64,000 bases of DNA from Methanotrichaceae archaeon (GTDB taxonomy: Archaea; Halobacteriota; Methanosarcinia; Methanotrichales; Methanotrichaceae), in the NCBI GenBank assembly GCA_963754945.1, contig CAVWIG010000014.1, positions 37,648 through 101,647 on the forward strand, read 5' to 3'. The stretch's first letter is position 1. Each line of letters opens with the position of its first letter. The translations under genes were made by a program, and so were the position numbers. This document shows, piece after piece, positions 53,650 to 64,000 of the stretch. Under the pieces are notes generated by a model. That model searched no databases. It worked only from the letters and a program-made list of their open reading frames with translations, and was not told the DNA's origin.

Positions 53650-54043
53650 TAAACAGCGATTTCAGTGCGCTGCAAGGTTCTGACCTCAACGAAGATCTTG
53701 TCGACATTTAGGCCGCGAGCGACATCCAGCAGATCATCTCAGCGTGTCTGTTGCGCCGAGACGAATCCCCTCGCCTGAGCGAGGACAGACTTCCATGGCC
53801 AGGACAGTTGCCATCATATCGTGGCCGATCTCATCCTCGATCTGCTTGGCGCGTTCTGGGCTTGCCTTCAAAGCAGCCTCGTCGATATCTCTGCAGCAGC
53901 GCCTTTCGCAAGCAGCCTGACCTCTTACTCGGCCTAAGCAAGGGCGGCTTCGACTTTGAGGAGACACATGAGCCTGAAATCTTCCTTTCAGATTGCCTTC
54001 ATCTCAGGTGTTTCATACCTGAATCAATGGGATAAATAGCCAT
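53650..54043 (-). pseudogene. purB: Adenylosuccinate lyase relic, copy 2 (stops, internal deletion)
   Basis: MAIYPID.RYETPEMKAI*...KVEAALA...IEDEIGHDMMA...LGAT, then jumps to DKIFVEVRTLQRTEIA. Confidence 0.85.
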
Positions 54044-54849
54044 GAGCGAGAGGATTGCGGAAGTGATTGATGGAACTTTTGGTCAGGGAGATGATGGCAA
54101 GCCATGTGCAGTCGGGATATCGCGTTGCAGAGGACTAATATAAAGCTAAACAGTTATTCATGAATCCCCCAGCCTTGTAAAATGATCACCAGTGAGTTTA
54201 GAGAATAATTTCTCATATGCCTGTGGATAACTGATTCTGCAACTATGATTACGTGCGGAGGATGAGAACCCTCACACTTTCCCATTTTGCTTATGCTTGT
54301 AATCAGGTGCTTATCGAACAACCGAAAAACCTAATACGCAAAGAGGAATGATTATACTATGAAAAAATTGCCAAGAATAATAGCGAATGCCTTGCTTGTG
54401 AGCGTTCTTGTTCTTCTGCTTTTGGAAACTGTGAGTGGTGCACCGTACTGCTTGCTTCGAGCACCATATAATCCGCCACAAGGCAACTGCTTCCAGTTCT
54501 ATTTAGCAGACACGACGACGTCACCAGCAAGGGCAACTGCCGCTGGAGGCGTCTGTGCCGTCACGCCTCTAGCCGCCCGTGAAGGATGGGAACCTGATCC
54601 CACATTCCCTGGGCCACTTTCAACTTGGGCCGCTGGGGATGCGGCGATGGGTGTAGTGAGCCCGTATTTCGGCGATGCCTATGGATGCCAAGCGTCAGGC
54701 GGTAATAGTACGGGGGTCGGAAATGGTGGGGGAGTCAGTAGTAGTGGAGGGGCTGCACAGTACTGCCTGCTCCGAGCGCCTTATAATCCGCCACAAGACA
54801 ACTGCTATCAGTTGCCATGAAAACGCCCTAAATAAAAGGATCAGCGGCC

Positions 54850-56100
54850 TTAACCGCCTTCCCTGTATTCGTTTCTCCTCACCTCATATCCTGCTTTGAT
54901 GATAGTTTTGATCATTTCATCGAGGCTCATCGATGTAGTTGAATGTACACTGGAATGCTTAACACATCTTGGTTTGCTGAGCAGGTCATCTTGATAGAGC
55001 TCTTGACTGATCAGCAAATGATAAAGTATGCAGAGCACTTTTCTTGCAAGAGCAACGACACCAATTTTTGTACCTCTTCTTGCCTTGATCCTCAAGAAGA
55101 ACTTCTTGAGTTTCGAGTTTCGCTTTGATCGAATAATGGCATGTGCCACCTCAATAATCATCCCTCTTATGTGAGGTGAACCATGCTTTGTGATATGGCC
55201 GTTTATCTGCTTGCCTGCCGATTGATAAACAGATGGCACAAGTCCGCAATAAGCAGCAAGCTTATTCGGGGAACTGAAGTCTCTGAAATCTCCGACCTCT
55301 GCCAGGATAGTAGATGCAGAAACGACTCCCATTCCCGGCATGGATAAAGCGATCCTCATGTCTTCATTCCGTGAAGAGATCTGATCCGAAATCTTAGCGT
55401 CGATTTCTACAATCTGTTTGGTAATGGCATCAATCATATTCAGATGAGATCGAAGGAGAAAGATCTGTGAAGGAGATAGGTTAGCCTGGATGATTCCACG
55501 TATCTCCTCTTTAATCGCTCTTACCCTTTTCGAAGGTATGCTTTCCAATATCTTCTCCAAATCCATGCCGTTAAGAAGTCCATCGACGATATGTCTTCCT
55601 GACTTGCCAAAAACGTCAGATAGCACCGAGGAAAGCTTGATACATGCAGCCTCTAGCTCGTGAGTAACCCGATTCTTGATCTTGGTTCTTACTTTAATCA
55701 GGCTCTCTCTCGTCCTTGTAAGAGATCTCAATTCGCGGTGATCTCTGGGAAAGATTCGGGATGGAGAGATCAGATTCTTCAAACAAATCTCCGCAATCCA
55801 CTCGGAATCCAGCGCGTCTGTCTTTCTTCCTGGAATATGCTTAATCTGATAGGCATTTGCCAGAATAAAATTTACAGACCCCTCTAAGACATTGTAAATC
55901 GGAAGCCAGTAATTGCCCGTAGATTCCACAGCCACTTTATGGCAACCATTCTCCTTTAGCCAATTCTTGAACTTCAAAAGCTCTTCTAAGCTTGTTTCAA
56001 ATCGATCTTGAAGCTTCAAGCCGTCGCTGGAAAGAATAGTCGCCACAATAAACTTATTGTGTACATCAACTCCGCAAGCTATTTCTCTTTTTCCAGACAT
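54850..56100 (-). CDS. IS110-family recombinase (DEDD RuvC-like + Tnp20 domains)
   Basis: GVDVH, VESTGNYW, GRKTDALD and GLVPSVYQSAG motifs. Confidence 0.95.
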   Translation of the reverse strand: MSGKREIACGVDVHNKFIVATILSSDGLKLQDRFETSLEELLKFKNWLKENGCHKVAVESTGNYWLPIYNVLEGSVNFILANAYQIKHIPGRKTDALDSEWIAEICLKNLISPSRIFPRDHRELRSLTRTRESLIKVRTKIKNRVTHELEAACIKLSSVLSDVFGKSGRHIVDGLLNGMDLEKILESIPSKRVRAIKEEIRGIIQANLSPSQIFLLRSHLNMIDAITKQIVEIDAKISDQISSRNEDMRIALSMPGMGVVSASTILAEVGDFRDFSSPNKLAAYCGLVPSVYQSAGKQINGHITKHGSPHIRGMIIEVAHAIIRSKRNSKLKKFFLRIKARRGTKIGVVALARKVLCILYHLLISQELYQDDLLSKPRCVKHSSVHSTTSMSLDEMIKTIIKAGYEVRRNEYREGG

Positions 56101-56300
56101 TATGCCCTCGCAGTTGCGATATGGGCAGATGAGTAATCCCTGGTGGTGAATTGCCATTCGCGTTCAGCGACGCATTTGGGTGCTCAAGAAGTCTGGCTAC
56201 TTTCTATGACGGGATCCAAGTCCCGAACTAATTAGCAGCCTTCACTACCCATATCAATACTGCAATCCGCTGCAATCGTTTTCATAGTTTTGGGTGCGAA
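56101..56300 (-). ncRNA. Putative IS110 bridge RNA (ends approximate)
   Basis: Stem-internal loop-hairpin at 56195-56240 with guides matching both target halves; AUGGCAA at 56151-56157 matches the element end. Confidence 0.75.
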
Positions 56301-57440
56301 TCAGGATTCATGATTGCTTTCTATGTAGCATCCACGACAACTTCAGCAGCAAGGGCAACCGTCGTGGGTGGCGCCTGTGCTGTCACGCCTCTGGGGGCTC
56401 GTGAAGGATGGGAACCCGATGCACTCTATCCTGGACCGTTCTCAACTTTTTCCGAAGCGGATGCAGCGATGAGTAAAGTAAGCCCGTATTTCGACGATGC
56501 CTATGGATGCCATGCTACAGGCGGTAATAATTCATCCGGTAATGGTGGAAGCGGTTGTCCATCAGGCCAGACAAATTGTGGTGGAACATGCACTGATACA
56601 AGTTCCGACACACAGAACTGTGGTTATTGTGGAAACGTTTGTGGATCAGATGCTAGCTGTGTGAGCGGGAGCTGTATGAGTGTCTCATGTCCATCAGGTC
56701 AGACGAGTTGTAACGGGACGTGTATTGATACCAGTTCCGACTCAAATAACTGCGGTTATTGTGGCAACGTGTGTTCATCAGGCACTAGCTGTGTTAGTGG
56801 AACCTGTTCGGCCTCCAATGGAACCAGCGGACAAAATGCTGCAAACGGAACTTCATATCATAAAGGGTCGCTTCTTGCAGGGCCGATATCCCTTCCAGCC
56901 AATTTGTCCACATTCCAAGACGTCGTCTTCCTGGACAAGGACAAGCCTTACTTCGTAGTGGGTGAAGGGGTATGTAGCCTTTGGGACGACCACACAGACG
57001 GCGTTGACTCTGTTTTCTGCTATGCTCAATGGAGAATTGGAGATACTCCGCAGGTATGGGGGCAGCTCGAGCTATCTGACCCTTCAATTCACCTAAGCGA
57101 TCTTATAGCGCAGAATACAGGGAATCCCGCTATATACAATCCATCCCATGTTTACGAGGCAGTAGTTATCGGTGAAGGGAAAACTCTTAAAGCCAGGGTT
57201 TTCGATGGCGGAGGTTATTCGGACAACCACGGAGAGCTGAGAATCAGCGTTTACCAGGCAGTTGCGAATACTTAGGCCTCTAAAACTCGAGAGCAGGTAA
57301 TGTACAACCTGCTCGTCTTCTTCTTTTAGGTTAGGCACAGGATCTAATTTTTATAATAATTTCCTAAACCCAATATTGGACCTGGTCTTCCAGTTGGCGT
57401 GCAGCCTATCGTATTTGGTAATTGGTAAATCGTTTTTTAT

Positions 57441-57541
57441 TTCTGGGCTCACTTCAAGCAGCCTCGGCGATATCCGCTGCATCGCCTTTCGGAAGCAGTT
57501 CCCGACCTCTTCTTTTGGCCTATGCAAGGGCGGCTTCGACT
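57441..57541 (-). pseudogene. purB: Adenylosuccinate lyase relic, copy 3
   Basis: Shares AGCAGCCTCG..GATATC..GCCTTTCG and GGCCTATGCAAGGGCGGCTTCGACT with copies 1 and 2. Confidence 0.7.
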
Positions 57542-58112
57542 ACGATCTCGTGAAGGATCTGGAGGGCTACGTGGTCAAGCTTTGCAAGTTCGCGAAATGT
57601 GCGCAGATCTTAAAGAACTCCATGGCGTAAAAGGAGACGGCTAGCGAGAGGTTCGCGATGAAGGATCTATAAGTATCGAGGAAACAGAGATTGGGGGCGC
57701 TTTTGCAAGGAATGCGAACTTCTGATCATGCTGTGCCTTTTCTATATGGCATTTTATAGATTATCCTACATATGTCATAGAAATATTACACGCACCAATA
57801 GCGTTTGTTGCTCAAAGGCTATTATACAATCATTAAGATCCAGCCAAAATGCTTTTTATCTTACAAATGATCCCAGAGACTATAAGCACAAATCCGTTAG
57901 CTAGCCTGCTATTGATCTATTGCTGGCACAGCATAGTGGTTTTGATAATCTAGAACCTGGAGCGTAAAGGCATACGCCTTTGCATTTGAAGATGGTATTA
58001 TAAAATACGGCCCTGGATTTGGAGATGCCAAAAACGGAAGATTGAGTTTGCAGGTTATATATAGGAAGAGCTGGGATGGCTCTAATATCCCAACTCCTTT
58101 TTATCCCTTGCC

Positions 58113-59545
58113 TTACTTCTTCGGATCGAACTTTATAGCCCTATCATACAGGATCTCTGAGTAGGATGGACCTGTTTTTGTGGCCTTTTCCATGTAGAGT
58201 CTCCAGCCAATGAAAAGCGGCTGATCCAGACCTATACCATAGGCTCCCGGACCAGTAGGAACCTTAAAGCAGTGTGGATCGCCATTACAATTCCTGGCAA
58301 CCTTATAGACGTAGAGGTATTTCGCGTTAGGATTGTCAGGGAGGTATTCCTTAGCAGTTCCATTGAACTCCGCATCATTAATTGATCCAACGCCATTCCA
58401 TCCATCTGCTCCATAGAGGACGAAGTTCGAGTACGTAGCCTTCACTGTGGCTACATGGTTAACACCATAGACGATTATGAACTCATTGGAATCATTGCCC
58501 AAAGTAATTGCTTGAGGCCGTAAGAAATCATAGTACTGCGAGAGATTAGGGAAAGGTGGTGTCGGCAAATCGGCAGTTCGGTTTGCTGACCATAGATAGC
58601 AAGCATCGTTGGCAGGTCCTACAGCATCGATTCCTCTCTGAATAGCATCACTCCCCGATGGGACTGCTATACTGGTTGGAAGCTCCGTGGCTTTCAAATT
58701 GCTATATTTATTGAGAATCGCCTTCCTCAGCTGTTCGAGATCATTCGCAAGGTCAAACTCTGTTTTGCCCGTTCCACGTACCTTTAGCTCTGGATAAGTA
58801 TACGGATCTAGCTTTGTAGTTTGGTTGGGAGTAATCCGGAAAATAGTCGCTGGTGTGTTATTGAGGTAGTCATCGCCAGCTTGCTTATCCTTGTAAAAAT
58901 TAGGCCGAATAAGCATTATAAAATTATCGGAGCTATTCTCTAAGCCCATGTTCAACATAGCCGAAGGAAACACCTGGGTGTTGAATATATCGCTCGAATA
59001 TCCTACAGATAGGGCAGCAGCCCGGATGCGTTGATCAATGCCCCTATCGGCCGTAGCGACCATCACAGTAGTTTGATTGAACGGATTTCCAGCCGACCCA
59101 TTTGGCGTTCCTTCGGTATTGATGGTTAAGCTGTTCACTGTGTCGGCTAAGTTGGCAAAGAGCCATCGGGTCTCATTTCCATATGTCCTGGACAGTATAT
59201 AATCATCGTAACTGAAGTATCTGCATTCAGGCGGTGTCCGTCCTACGAAAACAATGGCTTCATCTGGACGAATATTCCAGAAGGCAGATACGTTCGTGCC
59301 CATGCCAAGCGCTACGGCTATTTTAGCAAACAGTCCAGGTACCTTATAGCCACGTGCCGGTGGAACAAAATATGTCAAATATTTTGTAGCAGGGTTGTTT
59401 CCATATGCTGCAGGCAACACTCCCCTGTCATATAATTTGATCAGATCCAAATAACCTATCTTGCCTTGTTGTACAGTAAATCCATCCTTTTCTAAGGACT
59501 GTTTAAAAGCCGTTACATTGCCTATGTTCACATCCTTCGCAATGC
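58113..59545 (-). pseudogene. Large secreted-type hypothetical protein, 5' end cut by IS630
   Basis: Long open frame begins at the IS630 boundary; no signal peptide found on the far side of the IS. Confidence 0.7.
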
Positions 59546-59547
59546 TA

Positions 59548-60729
59548 GTGCACCATAACATTAATTTTGCAAATTAATATAATGCCTGTTTAGCTTTAAT
59601 CTTGCATCATTCTTCGTGAATTTCCATCTTACAGTAGTTTTTTTTGCGTTACGTTCTTGTGCCCACACCGAAGCCTCTTTGGTTAAAGTATCGATGTCTC
59701 CAATCCGACGATCGAGGCATTGCTTCGATAGGGCTGAGAGTTCTATCTCAGCCATGTTGAGCCAGCTACCTTTCTTTGGCGTATAATAATATTCGAACTC
59801 CTTAGCCAGCTCAAACGCCTCTTCAGGCGCAAAAGCATTATAAAATGAGCCTGAAGTATGCGTATTGAGATTATCCTGGACCAATCGAATGGATTCTACA
59901 CCTGGATATTGCTGGGTAAGTTCTTTCATGAAATGGGCGTAGTCCACCCTTGTCCTGTGCTCCATGACACGAATCATTCTTTTTCCTGCATGAAGATCAA
60001 AAGCAATAAGGATGCAACATGTCCCGTTACGGACGTATTCATAATGCACCTTCTTCGGACTGCCTGGTTTCATGGGTATAGGCACTAAGACATCGCCTAT
60101 CAGTTGGCATGGCCTCTCGTCGAAACAAACCACAGGATGCCTCGGATCATATGGTTGCTCGTACAGAGTTAATACATTTTCCATGTTCCAGATATATTCG
60201 CTCGTCATGCTCCCTATGCACCATCGCTGTTTGAGCCATGGCTTTATTTCATTTTTTTTAACGCTCTGCAAACGCTCATTCCTGAGATCGAGTCCACTTC
60301 CCCCAGCTCAACAAGCTTGTCGGCCAATAGATTCAGCGTCCATCTCGATCTGCCTTCAGGCGGATCTGAGCAAGCAATGCCGGTCAGTTTAGCCTCAACT
60401 CGTGCATCTATCTTCGGAGGCGCTCCACTGCGAGATCTTTCATTCAATGCAGATTCCAGGCCACCCTCGAAATATCTCTTTCTTATCCTCACTATTGTCG
60501 TTCTGCTCGCCTTCAATGCATCAATGATCTCCGCATCGGATTGCCCTTCGTCGGCCAGGAGCAGTATTCTTGCGCGAGTTAAACTCCTTGCAGACGACTT
60601 CCCACGACGGATGTACTGGTTCAACTCTTCTCGTTCTTTCTCTTCCAGTTTCACACAGAATTTTGTTTTTCTTGCCACGATCTATATTCTAGACCTTTTA
60701 TAAGATTTAAAACTTGCGTTATGGTGCAC
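59548..60729 (-). mobile_element. IS630-family insertion sequence
   Basis: TIRs GTGCACCATAAC / GTTATGGTGCAC; TA duplicated (CTAG context). Confidence 0.93.
59561..60678 (-). CDS. IS630 transposase, two ORFs joined by a -1 frameshift at an A8 run (60252-60259)
   Basis: HTH ORF 60244-60678; DDE ORF with VCFDE, VQDNLNTH and SWLNMAEIE motifs. Confidence 0.9.
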
Positions 60730-60898
60730 TAGAGCGGTTTTCTCTCGGTTCTCCTTCTTTTTGTTGGGCGATTCATCATAAGATTAGCATTTTTATCATG
60801 GTGGTTGGTGGTCAGCTTTTTACAGAAAAACAGATGAAAGTGCAGAATAGTATTCATGTAGTTCATGTCTCATTCCAGTGCGTGCCCTCAATCTGCCT

Positions 60899-62182
60899 GG
60901 CAGTGTAACGAATTTTCTGTACTTTGATAATAAGAATGATTATCGGCCCTGTATCCTATCCAATCTTGGGAAAAGGAGGACACAGGACCATGATACCAAT
61001 AGAATTCTTGGAAGATTACCTTATCGATCAAGAGGATGGACTAAAGAAGCTCTTGACCTGGTTCTTGAATCTCGTAATGCAACTTGAAGCGATGGAGCAA
61101 ATAGATGCAGAACCATATCAACGAGTTGATTCCAGAAAGGCCCATAGAAATGGCTACAAAGATAGATCTCTGAAGACGCGAGTTGGCGAACTCAAACTCA
61201 AGAAACCGCAATTCCGTGAAATATCCTTTGAGACTAAAGTTTGAGACTAAAGTCTTTGACAGGTATTCGCGAGTTGAGAAAGCTCTGATCAATGCCGTGA
61301 TTGAATCATATTTGCAGGGAGTATCAACCAGAAGAGTCCAGGATATCGTTTCTCGATTAGGTGTTGAAGATCTGTCTGCCTCTAGCGTATCAAGGATATC
61401 CAGAGAGCTTGATGGAAGGGTGGAGGAATTCCTTAAGAGACCTATCGAACACTCAATTCCTTATCTTTTTGTTGATGCGAGTTACTTCAAGGTCAGAACT
61501 GATTCAAGCTACATCACCAAGGCTTTTCTGGTTGTTACAGCCGTCCGTGATGACGGCTATCGAGAGATACTGGGCGCAAGAATAGCCGATGGAGAAGATG
61601 AACTCTTTTGGACTGGACTTTTTGATGATCTGAAGGACCGAGGGTTATCTGGAGTAAAGCTTGTAGTGTCAGATGGTCATAAGGGAATCCAGAAAGCAGT
61701 AGATAAATCCTTTCTGGGTGCTTCATGGCAGATGTGTCACGTACATTTCATACGGGCTGTCTTAAGGAATGTAGCCAAGAAATATCATAAGGAGATTGCG
61801 GATAAGATCAAAATAGCTCTAGAAAGTGAAACTGAGATGCAGCAACTGTGCCTCGATCTGGAAAGCAGAGGCTATTCTAAATCTGCGGTCCCATTGAGCA
61901 TTTCCGATTCAGCTTATGGAATTTCAGGTCATTCCCCAGAAATCACTGGAGAAGAATAAGGACTACGAACGGACTTGAAAGGATCAACAAGGAGCTGAAG
62001 AGAAGAACAAGGGTTGTAGGAGCATTTCCCAGCGACCAGTCCTTTATGATGCTAGGTGCATCAATTCTGATAGATATCAATGAAGAGTGGATGACAACTA
62101 AAAAGTATTTATCTATGGATACGGATTGAATATGTGTGGGATAACAGGGCTGTCCAAATTACAGAAATTTCGGCACACTACC
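60899..62182 (+). mobile_element. IS256-family insertion sequence, divergent defective copy without TSD
   Basis: Same TIR type as 959-2229; flanks ATCTGCCT and CAGCAATA differ. Confidence 0.92.
60990..62129 (+). pseudogene. IS256 transposase pseudogene
   Basis: 13-bp tandem duplication at 61227-61252 and a second frameshift near 61890. Confidence 0.88.
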
Positions 62183-62650
62183 CAGCAATATGAGGCCGAG
62201 AGGAGCTTCATCCTTGGAGCAGTGGGCGAAAAGATTCTCTCCATAGATCACATAGGCAGCACCTCAGTCCCGGGTCTGGAAGCTAAATCGATAATTGATA
62301 TAATGGTTGGAGTGGCAGACATGAAGACGGCGGAGGAGATCATAGGGATCTTGAAGCCTCTTGGATATAATCATATAAGTAAGGGAGAATATCCTGACTG
62401 GTTCTGCTGCGCCTGCCGTATCGCCGGAGGGGTTCGTTTTCACTTGCATCTGGTTAGGTATGATAGCGATTTTCATCGGAAGCTCATCCTCTTCAGAGAC
62501 TGGCTCAGGGTTCATCCGGAGGATGTCAGGAGATATTATGAACTGAAGGTGGATTTGGCCAGGAAATATAGTCATGACACGATTGCCTATGCCGATGCTA
62601 AGACCGATTTTATTAAAAGCATAGTGGAGAAGGCTAAAGGAAGTAAGTAG
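62183..62650 (+). pseudogene. GrpB/UPF0157 nucleotidyltransferase-like protein, N-terminus removed by IS256
   Basis: HIGSTSVPGLEAKSIIDI, FRDWLR.HP and Y..AKT.FI motifs. Confidence 0.85.
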
Positions 62651-62775
62651 AAAAGCAATGTCAAATGAAGGAATAGAGGTGGATTGGGGGCACTTCTTTA
62701 GCATCTCGGCCAGTTCCCTCATTTTTCCTAAATATTGTCCGACACTTTCGGCATTCATGGATAAAAACGCTTCTT

Positions 62776-63291
62776 CTACAACCGAGTCGTATAGCTGACC
62801 CTTCTTACAGTGCCGGACGAGACTGCAGTATTGTTATTGAATACGCTGTACGTCTTCGCAGGTGTCTGGCCACTCAAGTCCAGAGATAGTGAGTAATGCT
62901 CTTTGCCAATCACAGGAACTACATCCATCTTGAGCACGTTGCCTGAGTAAGAGCCTTTGGCCGTCGCCTCTTGAGATGCATTGCCCGAAGTCACATTGCC
63001 ACGGCCAGAGACCAAGCTACCTGATTGAGTGAGGATCAAGTTGATGTTTGTTCCATTTCCCAGCTCAAGATGCCAGCTGCCAGTAAGGTCTTGTACCGAT
63101 GCCAATGGAGTATCCATTGCATTTTCCATCTCGCTTATAGCGGGGTCGTCTTGAGAGTGCACCAGAAACACGAGACAGACAAGTCCCGCGATCACTAACG
63201 CTAATCTACTATACGTCAATCTACCCACTCCAGGACCTTTATGGAGTATTCTGGATATGAAGACTTTGTTACATACACCTCGTTTGCACAC
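62776..63291 (-). CDS. Secreted beta-rich hypothetical protein (start uncertain, possibly GTG ~63228)
   Basis: Hydrophobic signal; DLTGSWHL...LTQSGSLVSG beta-barrel-like pattern. Confidence 0.7.
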   Translation of the reverse strand: MCKRGVCNKVFISRILHKGPGVGRLTYSRLALVIAGLVCLVFLVHSQDDPAISEMENAMDTPLASVQDLTGSWHLELGNGTNINLILTQSGSLVSGRGNVTSGNASQEATAKGSYSGNVLKMDVVPVIGKEHYSLSLDLSGQTPAKTYSVFNNNTAVSSGTVRRVSYTTRL

Positions 63292-64000
63292 GACTCAAAT
63301 CGAGTCATTGCCAGCTTGGTACTGGGTGAGCAAGTTGAGTTGTTCTCCGAGATCTGCCTTCAATCATCATCCAAGAATCGAATAGCTCTCTTCTAGCAAC
63401 ATTTACAACATTTCTTGAATTAAACAAGTGAACTTTACTCAGGTCCTTACGTAAGAATTCTTATTCGATATACAGCCTTTGCTACTTGATACGTGAGGAG
63501 AAGCTGCCAGAACTACATGAGGTCCACGGGCTTCAGGGCGATGTCTCACTCCGCTGTTGGCCGAGGACACTGGCCCAAGTCGGCTTTCCGATTGGCAGCC
63601 CGTCCAACTGGCCAAGGGCGACATGATAGCTGGTTCTAAGCAAACTAAATTCTATGACATTGAGGAAGATATTGTAAAAAATGTCATAGAACAAATGCTT
63701 TAGTTACTGTACAGTGGCAAAGGAACAAGTCTCTACAATCAGGAATCCTCGATTTTTCCGCAGGTGCCCTTGCGAGTCGTTTCTCAATGGCCGGGGTGTC
63801 ATATAATTTTTGAATAAACGTGGGGGGTGCTGAGTGCCCTCAAGCAAGCGGATGATCCCGATGACCACTGCATCTGGATGAAGGGCGAGATCTCCTTTCT
63901 GAGGAGGACGTCGGGGAAGCACACCAGTCTCCTTTCGCAGTCTCCTCACATACGATGCAATGTCCCCTGAGCTTTGCCACTGATCAACTTTCTGCGGTTG

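Larger units (their letters stand above)
54814..56320 (-). mobile_element. IS110-family insertion sequence (TT core, subterminal CATGAA/TTCATG inverted repeats)
   Basis: TT at 54812-54813 and 56319-56320; no TSD or long TIR; reconstructed host frame. Confidence 0.92.
54359..57275 (+). pseudogene. Secreted protein with two novel Cys-containing repeats and Stig1-like Cys-rich repeats, interrupted by IS110
   Basis: Removing 54814-56320 restores TAT CAG TTC TAT GTA (YQFYV), matching FQFYL in repeat 1. Confidence 0.88.

Noticed and set aside
60244-60271. Split IS630 transposase as a pseudogene or novelty
   Set aside because: A -1 frameshift at an A-run is the normal expression mode of many IS630 elements.
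63704-64000. 11-bp inverted repeat CAGTGGCAAAG (63712-63722 / 63972-63982) as a MITE, and the ORF running off the window edge
   Set aside because: No target duplication, the match is short and the context is truncated; the ORF cannot be assigned.
1-64000. CRISPR array or cas genes
   Set aside because: No regularly spaced 24-47-bp repeats or Cas motifs seen; the repeats at 21.9-22.7 kb and 56.5-56.8 kb are coding.

Overview
Archaeal (methanogen-like; gene content and style suggest Methanothrix/Methanotrichaceae, by inference) chromosomal window. Housekeeping blocks are eno; ala-DUF1638-trxA; tRNA-Tyr(intron)/tRNA-Asp; ogt/nfi; pstB-phoU-phoU; thermosome-grpE-dnaK-dnaJ; pyrF-HAD. They alternate with decayed accessory segments and four sensor histidine kinases (three multi-PAS, one CHASE4-HAMP). 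Six insertion sequences can be delimited to the base: 2x IS256, 2x identical IS5, IS630 and IS110. The strongest signal is the IS110 element at 54814-56320. Its upstream non-coding end folds into a bridge-RNA-like target-binding loop whose two 8-nt guides match both halves of the exact site it occupies (TT core), and a second segment matches the element's own end. Other notable structure: three degenerate purB 5' relics punctuating a cassette-like array (50.4-57.6 kb); a twin-hairpin IS200/IS605- or REP-like mini-element; a tyrosine-integrase relic with an AbrB-like gene and nested operator; a recurring TGACATT-N18-AATGTCA palindrome; two HicB antitoxins whose toxins have decayed. All product calls come from motif recognition by eye, without database searches. 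Several single-base frameshifts may be sequencing errors.
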